From Dehalococcoidia bacterium (GTDB lineage: Bacteria; Chloroflexota; Dehalococcoidia; Lucifugimonadales; UBA3495), in contig OZ242013.1 of NCBI GenBank assembly GCA_965204805.1, positions 3,059,598 through 3,123,597 on the forward strand: DNA of 64,000 nt. The letters are read 5' to 3'. Numbering within the stretch: the first letter of the stretch is position 1; each line of letters begins with the position of its first letter. A program made the position numbers and the translations under genes. Shown here piece by piece: positions 8,939 to 17,209 of this stretch. The notes beneath the pieces are model-generated. The model did no database searches. It was not told where the DNA came from and saw only the letters and a list, made by a program, of their open reading frames with translations.

Positions 8939-9277
8939 GTGCCTCGATACGACTACCGTTGCGTTGAGTGTGATAACTACTTCGAGCTGAGGCAGAGCTT
9001 CAGTGAGGCAGGTAAGGGAACCTGCCCCCAATGTTCCGGCGAGGGTCGCCGCGTCTACCACGCCGTGCCAGTGATATACAAGGGCAGCGGCTTCTACACC
9101 ACCGACTACGGGCGCCCCAAGCCCCCCGTAGAAAACGGGGCCAGCAAGAACGGCAGCGACTCTTCCAAGAGCAGCAGCGAAAGCAAGCCCGCCGAGTCGT
9201 CCTCCTCTTCCGACAGCTCGGGAGGTTCCAGCAGCGAGTCCGCATCCGCCACCGCCGGGGCTACCTCCTCCAGCTAG
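8939..9277 (+). CDS. FmdB-family zinc-ribbon protein with Ser-rich tail
   Basis: GTG start after AGGAG. MPRYDYRCVECDNYFE...CPQCSG (CxxC...CxxC) matches the FmdB/CxxC_CxxC_SSSS family. The C-terminal half is low-complexity S/G/A. Confidence 0.8.
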   Translation: MPRYDYRCVECDNYFELRQSFSEAGKGTCPQCSGEGRRVYHAVPVIYKGSGFYTTDYGRPKPPVENGASKNGSDSSKSSSESKPAESSSSSDSSGGSSSESASATAGATSSS

Positions 9278-9399
9278 TCCTTACGTCTCCGGGCTACCCG
9301 GAGGATTCAACTCTGTAGTTGCCAAACCAGCCGGTCGCGCCATTGGGCGGGTCGGCTGGTTTGCTTAATCTCCAACTTTCCGAAAGAGCGTTTCTGCTT

Positions 9400-9864
9400 A
9401 TGCGAGCCTTGGTTCAGCGGGTTGCCCAAGCCTCGGTGGAAATCGACGAAACGGAGGTCGCCCGCATCGGGCGCGGCCTGCTGATACTGCTGGGAGTAGC
9501 TGCCGACGATGAGGAAGCCGACGCCGAATACCTGGTGCCCAAGATAGCCAACCTGCGCATCTTTGCCGACGACACCAACCGCTTCAACCTGTCGGCCCTG
9601 GATGTAGGGGCCGAGGCGCTGGTGGTGAGCCAGTTTACCCTCTACGCCGACACTCGCCGGGGACGCCGCCCCGACTTCACCCGCGCCGCGCCCCCCGAAC
9701 TGGCCGAGCGGCTCTACGAGCATACCGTGGCCCTCCTCCGCGACACCGGACTGACCGTGGCCACAGGTCAGTTCCAAGCCTATATGCAGGTAAAGTCGCA
9801 AAATGACGGCCCGGTCACCATCCTGCTGGACAGCGCGGACCGCCAGCGTTCCCGTTCATCCTGA
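9400..9864 (+). CDS. dtd: D-aminoacyl-tRNA deacylase
   Basis: ATG at 9400. MRALVQRV...GLLILLGV...NLSALDVGAEALVVSQFTLYADTRRGRRPDF...NDGPVTILLDS is the canonical Dtd pattern. The stop codon lies inside repeat C1. Confidence 0.9.
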   Translation: MRALVQRVAQASVEIDETEVARIGRGLLILLGVAADDEEADAEYLVPKIANLRIFADDTNRFNLSALDVGAEALVVSQFTLYADTRRGRRPDFTRAAPPELAERLYEHTVALLRDTGLTVATGQFQAYMQVKSQNDGPVTILLDSADRQRSRSS

Positions 9865-9883
9865 GCTTGTCGAAGGATGAACG
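9853..9883 (-). repeat. REP-C copy (core CCTTCGACAAGCTCAGG, reverse orientation) in a hairpin
   Basis: cgttcatcct-gagcttgtcga-aggatgaacg. Contains the dtd stop codon (9862..9864). Confidence 0.8.
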
Positions 9884-9892
9884 ACAGGCCCT

Positions 9893-10423
9893 TTAGCGGT
9901 GCCAGCCCATGCCGAGGAACAGTCCTCGCAGGTAGGCTATTTGGCCGCCGTGGGCCAGGTTGTCCCACATGACCTGTCCGAAACAGGCGGCGATAGTGCG
10001 CGGCTCCGGCAGCGGCGGCAGGACGATTTCACGGGCCAGTTCCTCCTCGCTCACCTGCGACAGATAGGCGCGGATGGCGGTGTTGACGGCATGGTAGTAT
10101 CCTTCCAGCATCTCGCGGGACGGAGGATTCCAGGCCGCTACCTGCTCGGCGGTCCAGCCTACGCCCCGGTCCTCGATGTCCGGGTTGATGTTGAACTTCT
10201 CGGCCCAGCCTTCCGTCTCCCAGAGCTGTGGCGCGTCCTGTAGACGCAAGTGGATGAACATATCCATTACCCGCGAGAGGTGCCATAGAATCCACGCGGC
10301 GGAGTTGCACTCGGCGGCGGGCGCGCGGGTCAGCATCTCGTCGTCCATGCCCGCGAGGGCGGACTCTATCATGTCCCAATTGCGTTGCAGGCAGTGGCTG
10401 ATGGGGTCGGTGGTGTTGGCCAT
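9893..10423 (-). CDS. DinB-family protein
   Basis: ATG at 10423 (MANTTDPISHCLQRNW...). AAWILWHLSRVMD and HGGQIAYLRG motifs fit the DinB_2 type. The track's extra 27 N-terminal codons are a translation of REP-A. Confidence 0.75.
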   Translation of the reverse strand: MANTTDPISHCLQRNWDMIESALAGMDDEMLTRAPAAECNSAAWILWHLSRVMDMFIHLRLQDAPQLWETEGWAEKFNINPDIEDRGVGWTAEQVAAWNPPSREMLEGYYHAVNTAIRAYLSQVSEEELAREIVLPPLPEPRTIAACFGQVMWDNLAHGGQIAYLRGLFLGMGWHR

Positions 10424-10453
10424 GGTTCCCCCTGATAGTCTGGTAGTGAGGAA

Positions 10454-10491
10454 TTCACCCCCACCCTGACCCTCCCCCTCAAGGGGGAGGG
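10454..10491 (+). repeat. REP-A copy (near consensus)
   Basis: ttcacccccaccctgaccctccccctcaagggggaggg, between the nadC stop and the DinB gene start. Confidence 0.9.
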
Positions 10492-10496
10492 AAAAG

Positions 10497-11351
10497 TTAC
10501 TCAAATTCCAGGTCTAGGCTGATGTCCAGAGCGGACATCGAGTGAGTCAGTTCGCCGATGGATATTAGGTGGACGCCGGTTTCGGCCACGGCGCGAACGG
10601 TGTCGAAGTTGATGCCGCCGGACGCCTCGACCACGGCCTTGTCGCCGATGAAACCCATGGCTTCGCGCATCATGTCCACCGGCATATTGTCCAGCATGAT
10701 GATGTGGGCGCCGGCGTCCAGCGCCTCGCGGGCGGCTTCCAGTGACTCCACCTCAACCTCTACGCGGATAGTGTGGGAGGCGCGCTGCAACGCCAGTTCG
10801 ATAACCTGCCGCAGCCCCATCTCCCGGAAGCGGTTGGCCTCTATGTGGTTGTCCTTGATAAGTATGCCGTCGGCCAGGTTGTAGCGATGGTTGTAGCCGC
10901 CTCCGGCCCGCACGGCGTACTTGTCCAAGTAGCGGTGTCCGGGCGCGGTCTTGCGGGTGTCCACGATGCGCGAGCGGGTGCCTTCCACGGCGAGGACGTA
11001 GCGGTTGGTCAGGCTGGCGATGCCGCTCATCCGCTGCATGAAGTTGAGGGCGATGCGCTCGGCTCGCAGGATGCCCGCCGCCGGGCCGGCCACGCGGGCG
11101 ATGCCGTCGCCGGGGGACAGCGTCGCCCCGTCGGCCAGCAGTGCCTCCAGCTCCAGCTCCGGCTCCACCCGCCGGAACACGGCCAGTCCCACCTCAACCC
11201 CGGCCAGCACGCCGTGGGCCTTGGCCCGCAGTATCCCGACGCCGCGAATCTCCGGCGGCACCACCGCCGCGGTGGTGGGGTCGTTGAAGGTCTGGTCTTC
11301 TGCGATGGCCGCGTCAATCAGGGCGTAGACTTCAGGCGGGAATTGGGGCAA
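10497..11351 (-). CDS. nadC: nicotinate-nucleotide diphosphorylase (carboxylating)
   Basis: 284 aa. ERIALNFMQRMSGIA, DTRKTAPGHR, LIKDNHI and IMLDNM motifs. Confidence 0.9.
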   Translation of the reverse strand: MPQFPPEVYALIDAAIAEDQTFNDPTTAAVVPPEIRGVGILRAKAHGVLAGVEVGLAVFRRVEPELELEALLADGATLSPGDGIARVAGPAAGILRAERIALNFMQRMSGIASLTNRYVLAVEGTRSRIVDTRKTAPGHRYLDKYAVRAGGGYNHRYNLADGILIKDNHIEANRFREMGLRQVIELALQRASHTIRVEVEVESLEAAREALDAGAHIIMLDNMPVDMMREAMGFIGDKAVVEASGGINFDTVRAVAETGVHLISIGELTHSMSALDISLDLEFE

Positions 11352-11381
11352 GGGTTGACCTCCGTGCAGGCCGATATAGAG

Positions 11382-11888
11382 TTACTCCTGAAAGCAAGGC
11401 AGAAGCATTTGGGCAGCGCATTCAAGAGTAAAGCCGTTTAATTCCTGCCCGTCCGCATCTCTGGAAAATGCCGTAAGATGGGCGCCCACATCCCATCCGA
11501 AACTGGCGCCGTTCTCATTCCATAGATCCAATATATCGTTTTCTTGGAAATACCCGATATTGAGGATACTTTGAGGGTTCAGGCCCGGCGATTCGCGCTT
11601 GATTTCAGAGAAGCCCTCTAGTGAAACCATACGAGGCTGCTGCCGCAATCGGAGTCTAATAGATGCAGCATCATATTCGCTCAAGTGAGGCAGAAGCAAT
11701 GCCCGCGCCTGTTCCAAGGTGAAACCCGCCGTTTCACCATCGGCGTCAAGATGCGCAGTTAGTCCTTTGGCGACGCCGTAACTGGAAATAACCTCTTCGC
11801 CGTTGTGGATTTCCAGCGTATCGGTTTCACGGCAGTAGGCAATTCTCAATGGTATTCGAGCGTAATGCATAGGGTCATTTGTCTTCAT
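11382..11888 (-). CDS. tandem DUF2283-like protein (putative antitoxin), cassette 1
   Basis: Two modules: LRIAYCRETDTLEIH...LTAHLDADGETAGFTLE and LNIGYFQENDILDLW...LTAFSRDADGQELNGFTLE. Start at ATG 11888 (overlaps the upstream stop) or 11870. AT-richer than its flanks by eye. Confidence 0.5.
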   Translation of the reverse strand: MKTNDPMHYARIPLRIAYCRETDTLEIHNGEEVISSYGVAKGLTAHLDADGETAGFTLEQARALLLPHLSEYDAASIRLRLRQQPRMVSLEGFSEIKRESPGLNPQSILNIGYFQENDILDLWNENGASFGWDVGAHLTAFSRDADGQELNGFTLECAAQMLLPCFQE

Positions 11889-12141
11889 CGGGAATCTCCC
11901 ACTGCCGGGTGTAGTTTCTGCTGTCGATATAGGCGTTGAGAACTTCATCCCTGTCAACAACGACTTTGAGCCAGTGCCCCCTTTCTCTGATGTACCTCCA
12001 ATACACCATGCGGCCTCGATCAAGACTGCTATGGGTTGGCTTAGCTAGTACGTATGCTACCCATTCCTCTTCGACTTCGGGATGGTCTCTACTGTCAGAG
12101 TGGTAGTAGTTGGCGAATCTCAGATCGTCCGGCGATGACAA
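11875..12141 (-). CDS. small (88 aa) toxin-like protein, cassette 1 (family unassigned; DUF4258/BrnT-like guess)
   Basis: Shares RDHP...GRxVYWRY...WLKVVVD with the 95-aa ORF at 46400..46687. Precedes and overlaps the DUF2283-like gene. Confidence 0.45.
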   Translation of the reverse strand: MSSPDDLRFANYYHSDSRDHPEVEEEWVAYVLAKPTHSSLDRGRMVYWRYIRERGHWLKVVVDRDEVLNAYIDSRNYTRQWEIPDEDK

Positions 12142-12189
12142 GGCGAAAACCCTGCGCGGTGCGCGAGCTTGGAGGAGAGTGGGTAAGGA

Positions 12190-13392
12190 TTAACGCAGCG
12201 CCAGCATCCGGTCCAGCGCCACCAGCGCCTCGCGCTGGATGTTCTCCGGCACCGTGATTTCGTTCCTCACCCGGCCCTCCAGCAGCTCTTCCATCACCCA
12301 CAGCACGTAGGCCGGGTGGATGCGGTACATGGTGGAGCAGGGGCAGGTCACCGGGTCTAGGCAGAAGACGGTCTTGTCGGGGTTGTTCAAGGCCAGGCGG
12401 TTGACCAGGCTGATTTCGGTGCCCACGGCCCACACGCTGCCCGCTGGGGCGTTGTTTATCTGGTTGCGTATGAATTCGGTGGAACCCACTAGGTCGGCGG
12501 CCTGCACCGTTTCCATCACGCACTCGGGATGCACCAGCACGTTCACGTCCGGGAAGCGCTGGCGGGCCAGCTCGATCTGCTTGACGGTGAAGCGGGTATG
12601 CACCGAGCAGTGTCCCTGCCACAGCACCATCTTGGCGCGGCGCAGTTGCTCCGGCGTGTTGCCGCCCATGTTGCGGAAGGGGTTCCAGACCACCATCTCG
12701 TCCAGCGGCACGCCCATCTTCAGGGCGGTGTTGCGGCCCAGGTGCTGGTCAGGCAGGAACAGCACCCGCTTGCCCTGCTCGAAGGCCCACTTCAGCACGG
12801 CGTCGGCGTTGGACGAGGTGCAGACGGCCCCGTCGTTACGCCCGCACAGGGCCTTGATGCCGGCGATGGAGTTCATGTAGGTGACCGGCACGATTTCGCC
12901 CGGGCCCAGGACTTCCATCAGATCGTCCCAGGCGTCCTCCACGTCGTCCATGGGCGCCATGTCGGCCATGGAGCAGCCGGCGGTGATGTTGGGCAGAATT
13001 ACGCGCTGGTGCTCCGCCGACAGTACGCAGGCGGTCTCAGCCATGAAGTGGACGCCGCAGAAGATGATGTAGTCGGCGTCGGGCTTGCTGGCCGCCTGCT
13101 GCGACAGCAGGAAGGAGTCGCCCTGGAAGTCGGCGTACTTGATGACCTCTTCGCGCTGGTAGTGGTGGCCCAGCACCGTCACCGAGCTGCCCAGCTTCTG
13201 CCGGGCGGCGTGGATGCGGGCGTCCAGCTCGTCGGCGGTGTAGTGCAGATACTCGGTGGGAATCTGTTGCCAGCGGACGTTTACGGCCAACTCTTCGGCC
13301 AGGGGCTTGGCGGGCAGTTCGTCTTCAGTCTTGCAGAAGGCTGAGTGTTCCAACTCGGTGATGGGTACGATGGGACGGCGACGGGTTGTCAT
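12190..13392 (-). CDS. nadA: quinolinate synthase
   Basis: 400 aa. FCGVHFMAETA, VTYMNS, HPEC and CPCSTMYRI motifs. Confidence 0.9.
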   Translation of the reverse strand: MTTRRRPIVPITELEHSAFCKTEDELPAKPLAEELAVNVRWQQIPTEYLHYTADELDARIHAARQKLGSSVTVLGHHYQREEVIKYADFQGDSFLLSQQAASKPDADYIIFCGVHFMAETACVLSAEHQRVILPNITAGCSMADMAPMDDVEDAWDDLMEVLGPGEIVPVTYMNSIAGIKALCGRNDGAVCTSSNADAVLKWAFEQGKRVLFLPDQHLGRNTALKMGVPLDEMVVWNPFRNMGGNTPEQLRRAKMVLWQGHCSVHTRFTVKQIELARQRFPDVNVLVHPECVMETVQAADLVGSTEFIRNQINNAPAGSVWAVGTEISLVNRLALNNPDKTVFCLDPVTCPCSTMYRIHPAYVLWVMEELLEGRVRNEITVPENIQREALVALDRMLALR

Positions 13393-13441
13393 CTTCGATT
13401 CCCTCTCGATGGGAATGCGGAGCTATGAAATTGATTGCCAC

Positions 13442-13503
13442 CCTGAGCGAATCGAAGGGGATCTCTTCCGCGGTCCGGATTCTTCGCTTCGCTCAGAATG
13501 ACA
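13442..13503. repeat. REP-C' inverted repeat (spurious peptides HPERIEG / SLRSE)
   Basis: cctgagcgaatcgaagggg...cttcgcttcgctcagaatgac, between the miaB stop and the nadA start. Confidence 0.75.
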
Positions 13504-13522
13504 GCGCTCCGTAATCCTCATT

Positions 13523-14845
13523 CTAATTCGGTTGGCCTTGCAGCGACCACGGCCCGGCCCGGTCAATCGTCACGTTGACCATCTCTCCCAGCCGGTTCCC
13601 GTCGTCCTCTGATATAGGGAAGAACACCAGCTTGTTGGAGCGGGTGCGGCCCTGCCACTTGCCCTTGTTCCTGGCCTCGACCAGTACCTCGAACTCGCTG
13701 CCCACCAGTTCGGCGTTGATCTCGGTGAGGATGCTTTGTTGCAGGGCGTCCACCCGCTCGCGGCGGCTGGTCTTCTCCGCCTGGGGTATGTCGTCTTGCA
13801 TAGTGCGGTCTGCGATGGTGCCGGGGCGGGTGGAGTAGGCGGCGCAATGCACCTTGTCCATCCGCAGTTGCTCCACCAGCTCCAGGGTGCGCTGGAACTG
13901 AGTTTCTGTCTCGCCGGGGAATCCCACGATGATGTCGGTGCTGAGCGACGCGCCCGGCACGGTGTCGCGGATTTCCTCCACCAGCGCGATGTAGTCGGCG
14001 CGGGTATAGTTGCGGCGCATCCGGGCCAGCACTTCGTCGTCTCCGGCCTGCACCGGCAGGTTGATGTGCTCGCACACCTTGGGCAATTCGGCCACGGCTT
14101 CGATGATGTTGCGGCTCATATAGTTGGGGTGCGAGGTCAGGAAGCGTATGCGCTCAAGGCCGTCAACATCGTTCAGCCGCGTCAGCAGCGTTGCCAGGTC
14201 GGGCCTTTCACCCCTTCTCCCCCCGGGGGAAGGTTGGGATGGGGGCGCGGGCAAATCGTGGCCGTAGGCGTCCACCGTCTGCCCCAGCACCGTGACTTCC
14301 CGCACGCCCCGCGACACCAGCAACTCCACCTCTCGCGCCACCTCGTCCACCGGACGGCTTACCTGCCGGCCTCGGCGGTAGGGGATGATGCAGAAGGTGC
14401 ACATCAGGTCGCAGCCGTGGATGATGGGGACGTGGCAGGCGACGTCGGGACGGGTGGGGGCCAGCGCGCCGACGCAGCCCTCCCAGTCCAGGCTCAGCCG
14501 TTCGCCCACCAGGTCCAGCAGCGGCTCGAACTGCTGCGGGCGCATGAACACGTCAACGTAGGGGAAGCGGCGGGCCAGTTGGTCCGACTTCGGCCCCACC
14601 ATGCAGCCCATCAGGGCGATAACCCGGTCCGGATCCTGCTTCTTCAGCCTCGACACCGCGCCGAGGTTGCCGACCACCTTGTCTTCCGCCGACTGCCGCA
14701 CCACGCAGGAGTTCAGGACCACTACGTCGGCATCTTTGGCGTTCCCGGCCGACTCCAGGCCCAATTGCTCCAGCGCGGAGGCGAGGCGCTCCGAGTCGGC
14801 GGTGTTCATTTGACAGCCGATAGTCCAGATGTGATAGCTGTTCAT
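13523..14845 (-). CDS. miaB: tRNA (N6-isopentenyl-A37)-C2-methylthiotransferase
   Basis: ATG at 14845 (MNSYHIWTIGCQMNTADSE). Radical-SAM CDLMCTFCIIP, followed by a TRAM domain. The track's N-terminal extension crosses a MITE and is rejected. Contains an in-frame REP-A copy (PSQPSPGGRRGE). Confidence 0.9.
   Translation of the reverse strand: MNSYHIWTIGCQMNTADSERLASALEQLGLESAGNAKDADVVVLNSCVVRQSAEDKVVGNLGAVSRLKKQDPDRVIALMGCMVGPKSDQLARRFPYVDVFMRPQQFEPLLDLVGERLSLDWEGCVGALAPTRPDVACHVPIIHGCDLMCTFCIIPYRRGRQVSRPVDEVAREVELLVSRGVREVTVLGQTVDAYGHDLPAPPSQPSPGGRRGERPDLATLLTRLNDVDGLERIRFLTSHPNYMSRNIIEAVAELPKVCEHINLPVQAGDDEVLARMRRNYTRADYIALVEEIRDTVPGASLSTDIIVGFPGETETQFQRTLELVEQLRMDKVHCAAYSTRPGTIADRTMQDDIPQAEKTSRRERVDALQQSILTEINAELVGSEFEVLVEARNKGKWQGRTRSNKLVFFPISEDDGNRLGEMVNVTIDRAGPWSLQGQPN
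14206..14245. repeat. REP-A copy inside miaB, in frame
   Basis: tttcaccccttctccccccgggggaaggttgggatggggg, translated on the minus strand as part of HDLPAPPSQPSPGGRRGERPDL. Confidence 0.8.
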
Positions 14846-15017
14846 AATAGCGATAGCGGCGAGTCCGTCGGGATAAAGATAAAGGCAGCGGCGACCGGAA
14901 ACAAAGTAAAACACCATTGTCGCGGCTATCGTCAAACGGCAGGTTCGACGCCTCACCACGATGAAATGATTGTATAGGGCGCTGTGGTGGATAGCAAGCC
15001 CGTCCGGTTCAAAGGGT

Positions 15018-15119
15018 AATTGTCTGAACTCTGATTTATTTGATTTGATGATTGGCATGATTTTTGATCCGAGAATCACGGCAATCAAATGAATCAGGCG
15101 AATCACAGTTCAGACAATT
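15018..15119. mobile_element. MITE-like element, family D (19-bp terminal inverted repeats)
   Basis: Left end aattgtctgaactctgatt; right end aatcacagttcagacaatt (one mismatch as inverted repeats). A second copy lies at 50163..50272. Confidence 0.7.
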
Positions 15120-15230
15120 ACGCCGGGAATCGAAAGTCCCTGCCAACAGGGCGTAGCGATATTCCGTTTCGGGCTGTGGAAGCGGATAATAGGAAGCCGA
15201 TTCGACCGGATACCGGAGCGACGAAACATC

Positions 15231-15947
15231 ATGCGTAGCAAGGACGAAGTGCGCGAGGCAGTGTGGTCGGCTATGGAAGGAGCCCGCGCCGCCCATACCC
15301 GCAAGCTGCACGACAAGATTCCCCATTTCCGAGGCTGCGAGGCCGCCGCCGAGCGGGTGGGCGAACTGGAGGCGTGGCAGAAGGCCCGCGTAATCAAGGG
15401 CAACCCCGACAAAGCCCAGCGGCCGTTGCGGCAGAAGGCACTGGAAGAGGGCAAGACGCTGTATATGGCGGTGCCGCGCCTGCGACAGGAGCAATGCTTC
15501 GTGGAGCTGGATCCGTCCGACATGGGCGCATCACCAGCCGAGGCTTCGACCATCTCGGGGGCCTTCCGGTGGGGGCGGCCGGTGTACGTGGAGGAGATGC
15601 GTCCCGTCGATTTGGTCATCTCAGGCTCGGTGGCGGTGAACCGGATGGGAACGCGCGTGGGCAAGGGCGGCGGGTTCGCCGACCTGGAGTACGGCCTCGC
15701 CATCGCCGCCGGGGTGGTGTCGCCAGAGACGCCGGTGGTGAGCACGGTGCATCCGATGCAGGTGCTGGACGAGGAACTGCCCTACACCCGCCACGACGTG
15801 TTCCTGGACTACGTGGTGACCGCCGACGAAATCGTCGAGTGCGACGGCGATATGCCGCGACCGTCGGGCATCTACTGGGACGACCTCACGCCACAGAAGA
15901 TACGGCAGATTCCGTTGCTGAAGAAACTGCAAGAGCAGGAGGGCTGA
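15231..15947 (+). CDS. 5-formyltetrahydrofolate cyclo-ligase family protein
   Basis: 238 aa. GTRVGKGGGFADLEY motif and overall length fit the family. Confidence 0.7.
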   Translation: MRSKDEVREAVWSAMEGARAAHTRKLHDKIPHFRGCEAAAERVGELEAWQKARVIKGNPDKAQRPLRQKALEEGKTLYMAVPRLRQEQCFVELDPSDMGASPAEASTISGAFRWGRPVYVEEMRPVDLVISGSVAVNRMGTRVGKGGGFADLEYGLAIAAGVVSPETPVVSTVHPMQVLDEELPYTRHDVFLDYVVTADEIVECDGDMPRPSGIYWDDLTPQKIRQIPLLKKLQEQEG

Positions 15948-15974
15948 CGAGGGAATTGGGGGAGGGTATTTGAG

Positions 15975-16265
15975 ATGTGGATAGCAGCCAATACGCTCCT
16001 GGTGAGCGGGATAGCCTCCCTTGCGCTGGGGGTTGGCATCGCAGCGCTTGTAGGTTATGTGATTACCATGGATAACGTCGGCGACTCCACCGCGCTCCGA
16101 ATAACCTGGACCGTAGGGATTTACATGGCGGGCATTGTATTGGGCGGGGGATCACTGATGACGATTACGGGATTGGCGCTCATGTGGACAACAAAATGGG
16201 ACGATGCAGATACAGCAGATACGGAAGAAGAGGGGACCGTATCAGAGGAAACAGAAGAAGAGTGA
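15975..16265 (+). CDS. small membrane protein with acidic tail (hypothetical)
   Basis: 96 aa with three hydrophobic spans followed by DDADTADTEEEGTVSEETEEE. No family recognised. Confidence 0.45.
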   Translation: MWIAANTLLVSGIASLALGVGIAALVGYVITMDNVGDSTALRITWTVGIYMAGIVLGGGSLMTITGLALMWTTKWDDADTADTEEEGTVSEETEEE

Positions 16266-16271
16266 CGCCAG

Positions 16272-16296
16272 TTCCCTATCCCTCTGGGAGAGGGCG
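16272..16296 (-). repeat. REP-A copy (truncated, hairpin only)
   Basis: ttccctatccctctgggagagggcg. Confidence 0.7.
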
Positions 16297-16315
16297 TCCC
16301 CCCGCCGGACGGTCT

Positions 16316-17119
16316 TCAGCCGGACGACGCAGCAGAGCCAATGGCCCTGAGCCGTGGAACTACCAGCCACAGCCCCACCACTATCAGCCAGATGAGGAAG
16401 GCGATGCCGGTTATGCGGTGAACGATGGTAGCGGCGTCCAGCCAGATGAAAAGCATCGCCACTCCCAGCACCACGTCCACGACGGCGGTGACGCGCAGGA
16501 TGCCACCCATCCGCCACTGCGCCGGGGCCAGCGCCACGAGCGCGAGACCGGCGAGGGTGAAGCCCAGCGACCCTGTGATCCACCGGACTCCAAACAGCCC
16601 TTCCTCGACAAAGCCCACGTCCGGCAACATCGGGAGGGTCTGCGCTTCCGGGTCCCCGGGTTGCGCCAGTCTCGCCCAGCCCGACTCGCCGGATGTCAGC
16701 ACGGTCACCGTCTGCGGTTCCGGGGCCACCGCCGCGAGGGTGATGGCGGCAGCGCCGGATACCGCGGAAGCAATTCCTGAAGCCACCAGCAGTACAGAGA
16801 CGACAGTCATCGCGACGGGATGTACCGAACGCAATGTTCGCCACATGAAGAACCCCGCGGCCAGCAACGTCAGCCCACCCACAAGCCTGGCGGCTCCGCC
16901 GGTTCCGTAGGCGAGGCTGGCAGAGCCGATGGCGCGCAGCTTTTCAGATGCTTCCAGCCGGGCAATCTCCACTGCGTCCAGGTTCAGCCGCTGGGCCACG
17001 GAGTCCGTGAACGGCGTATCATCGGCGCCGGCCATCAGGCGCATAGGCACCGAGATAGCGGTGGCCAAGGCAGTCAGGAGGAGGAAGATTCCGGCGGTGC
17101 GGTAAGCGGATGTTGACAT
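16316..17119 (-). CDS. multi-pass membrane protein (hypothetical)
   Basis: About 6 hydrophobic spans. Start at ATG 17119 (MSTSAYRTAGIFLLL) is preferred because the longer version begins inside REP-A. Confidence 0.5.
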   Translation of the reverse strand: MSTSAYRTAGIFLLLTALATAISVPMRLMAGADDTPFTDSVAQRLNLDAVEIARLEASEKLRAIGSASLAYGTGGAARLVGGLTLLAAGFFMWRTLRSVHPVAMTVVSVLLVASGIASAVSGAAAITLAAVAPEPQTVTVLTSGESGWARLAQPGDPEAQTLPMLPDVGFVEEGLFGVRWITGSLGFTLAGLALVALAPAQWRMGGILRVTAVVDVVLGVAMLFIWLDAATIVHRITGIAFLIWLIVVGLWLVVPRLRAIGSAASSG

Positions 17120-17150
17120 ACTGTAGCGAGTTTCAACGCGGGGTTGGGAA

Positions 17151-17187
17151 TCTCCCACACCCTGACCCTCCCCCGCTGGGGGAGGGG
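17151..17187 (+). repeat. REP-A copy
   Basis: tctcccacaccctgaccctcccccgctgggggagggg. Confidence 0.85.
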
Positions 17188-17209
17188 ATTTGATAGGATG
17201 CTCCAGTTA

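Noticed and set aside
13393-13522. NAD-type riboswitch upstream of nadA
   Set aside because: The interval is almost entirely occupied by the REP-C' inverted repeat, and I see no tandem nadA-motif domains.
14846-15106. N-terminal extension of miaB in the ORF track
   Set aside because: It crosses the family D MITE and has no MiaB similarity. MiaB orthologs start at the MNSYHIWTIGCQMN-type sequence (ATG 14845).
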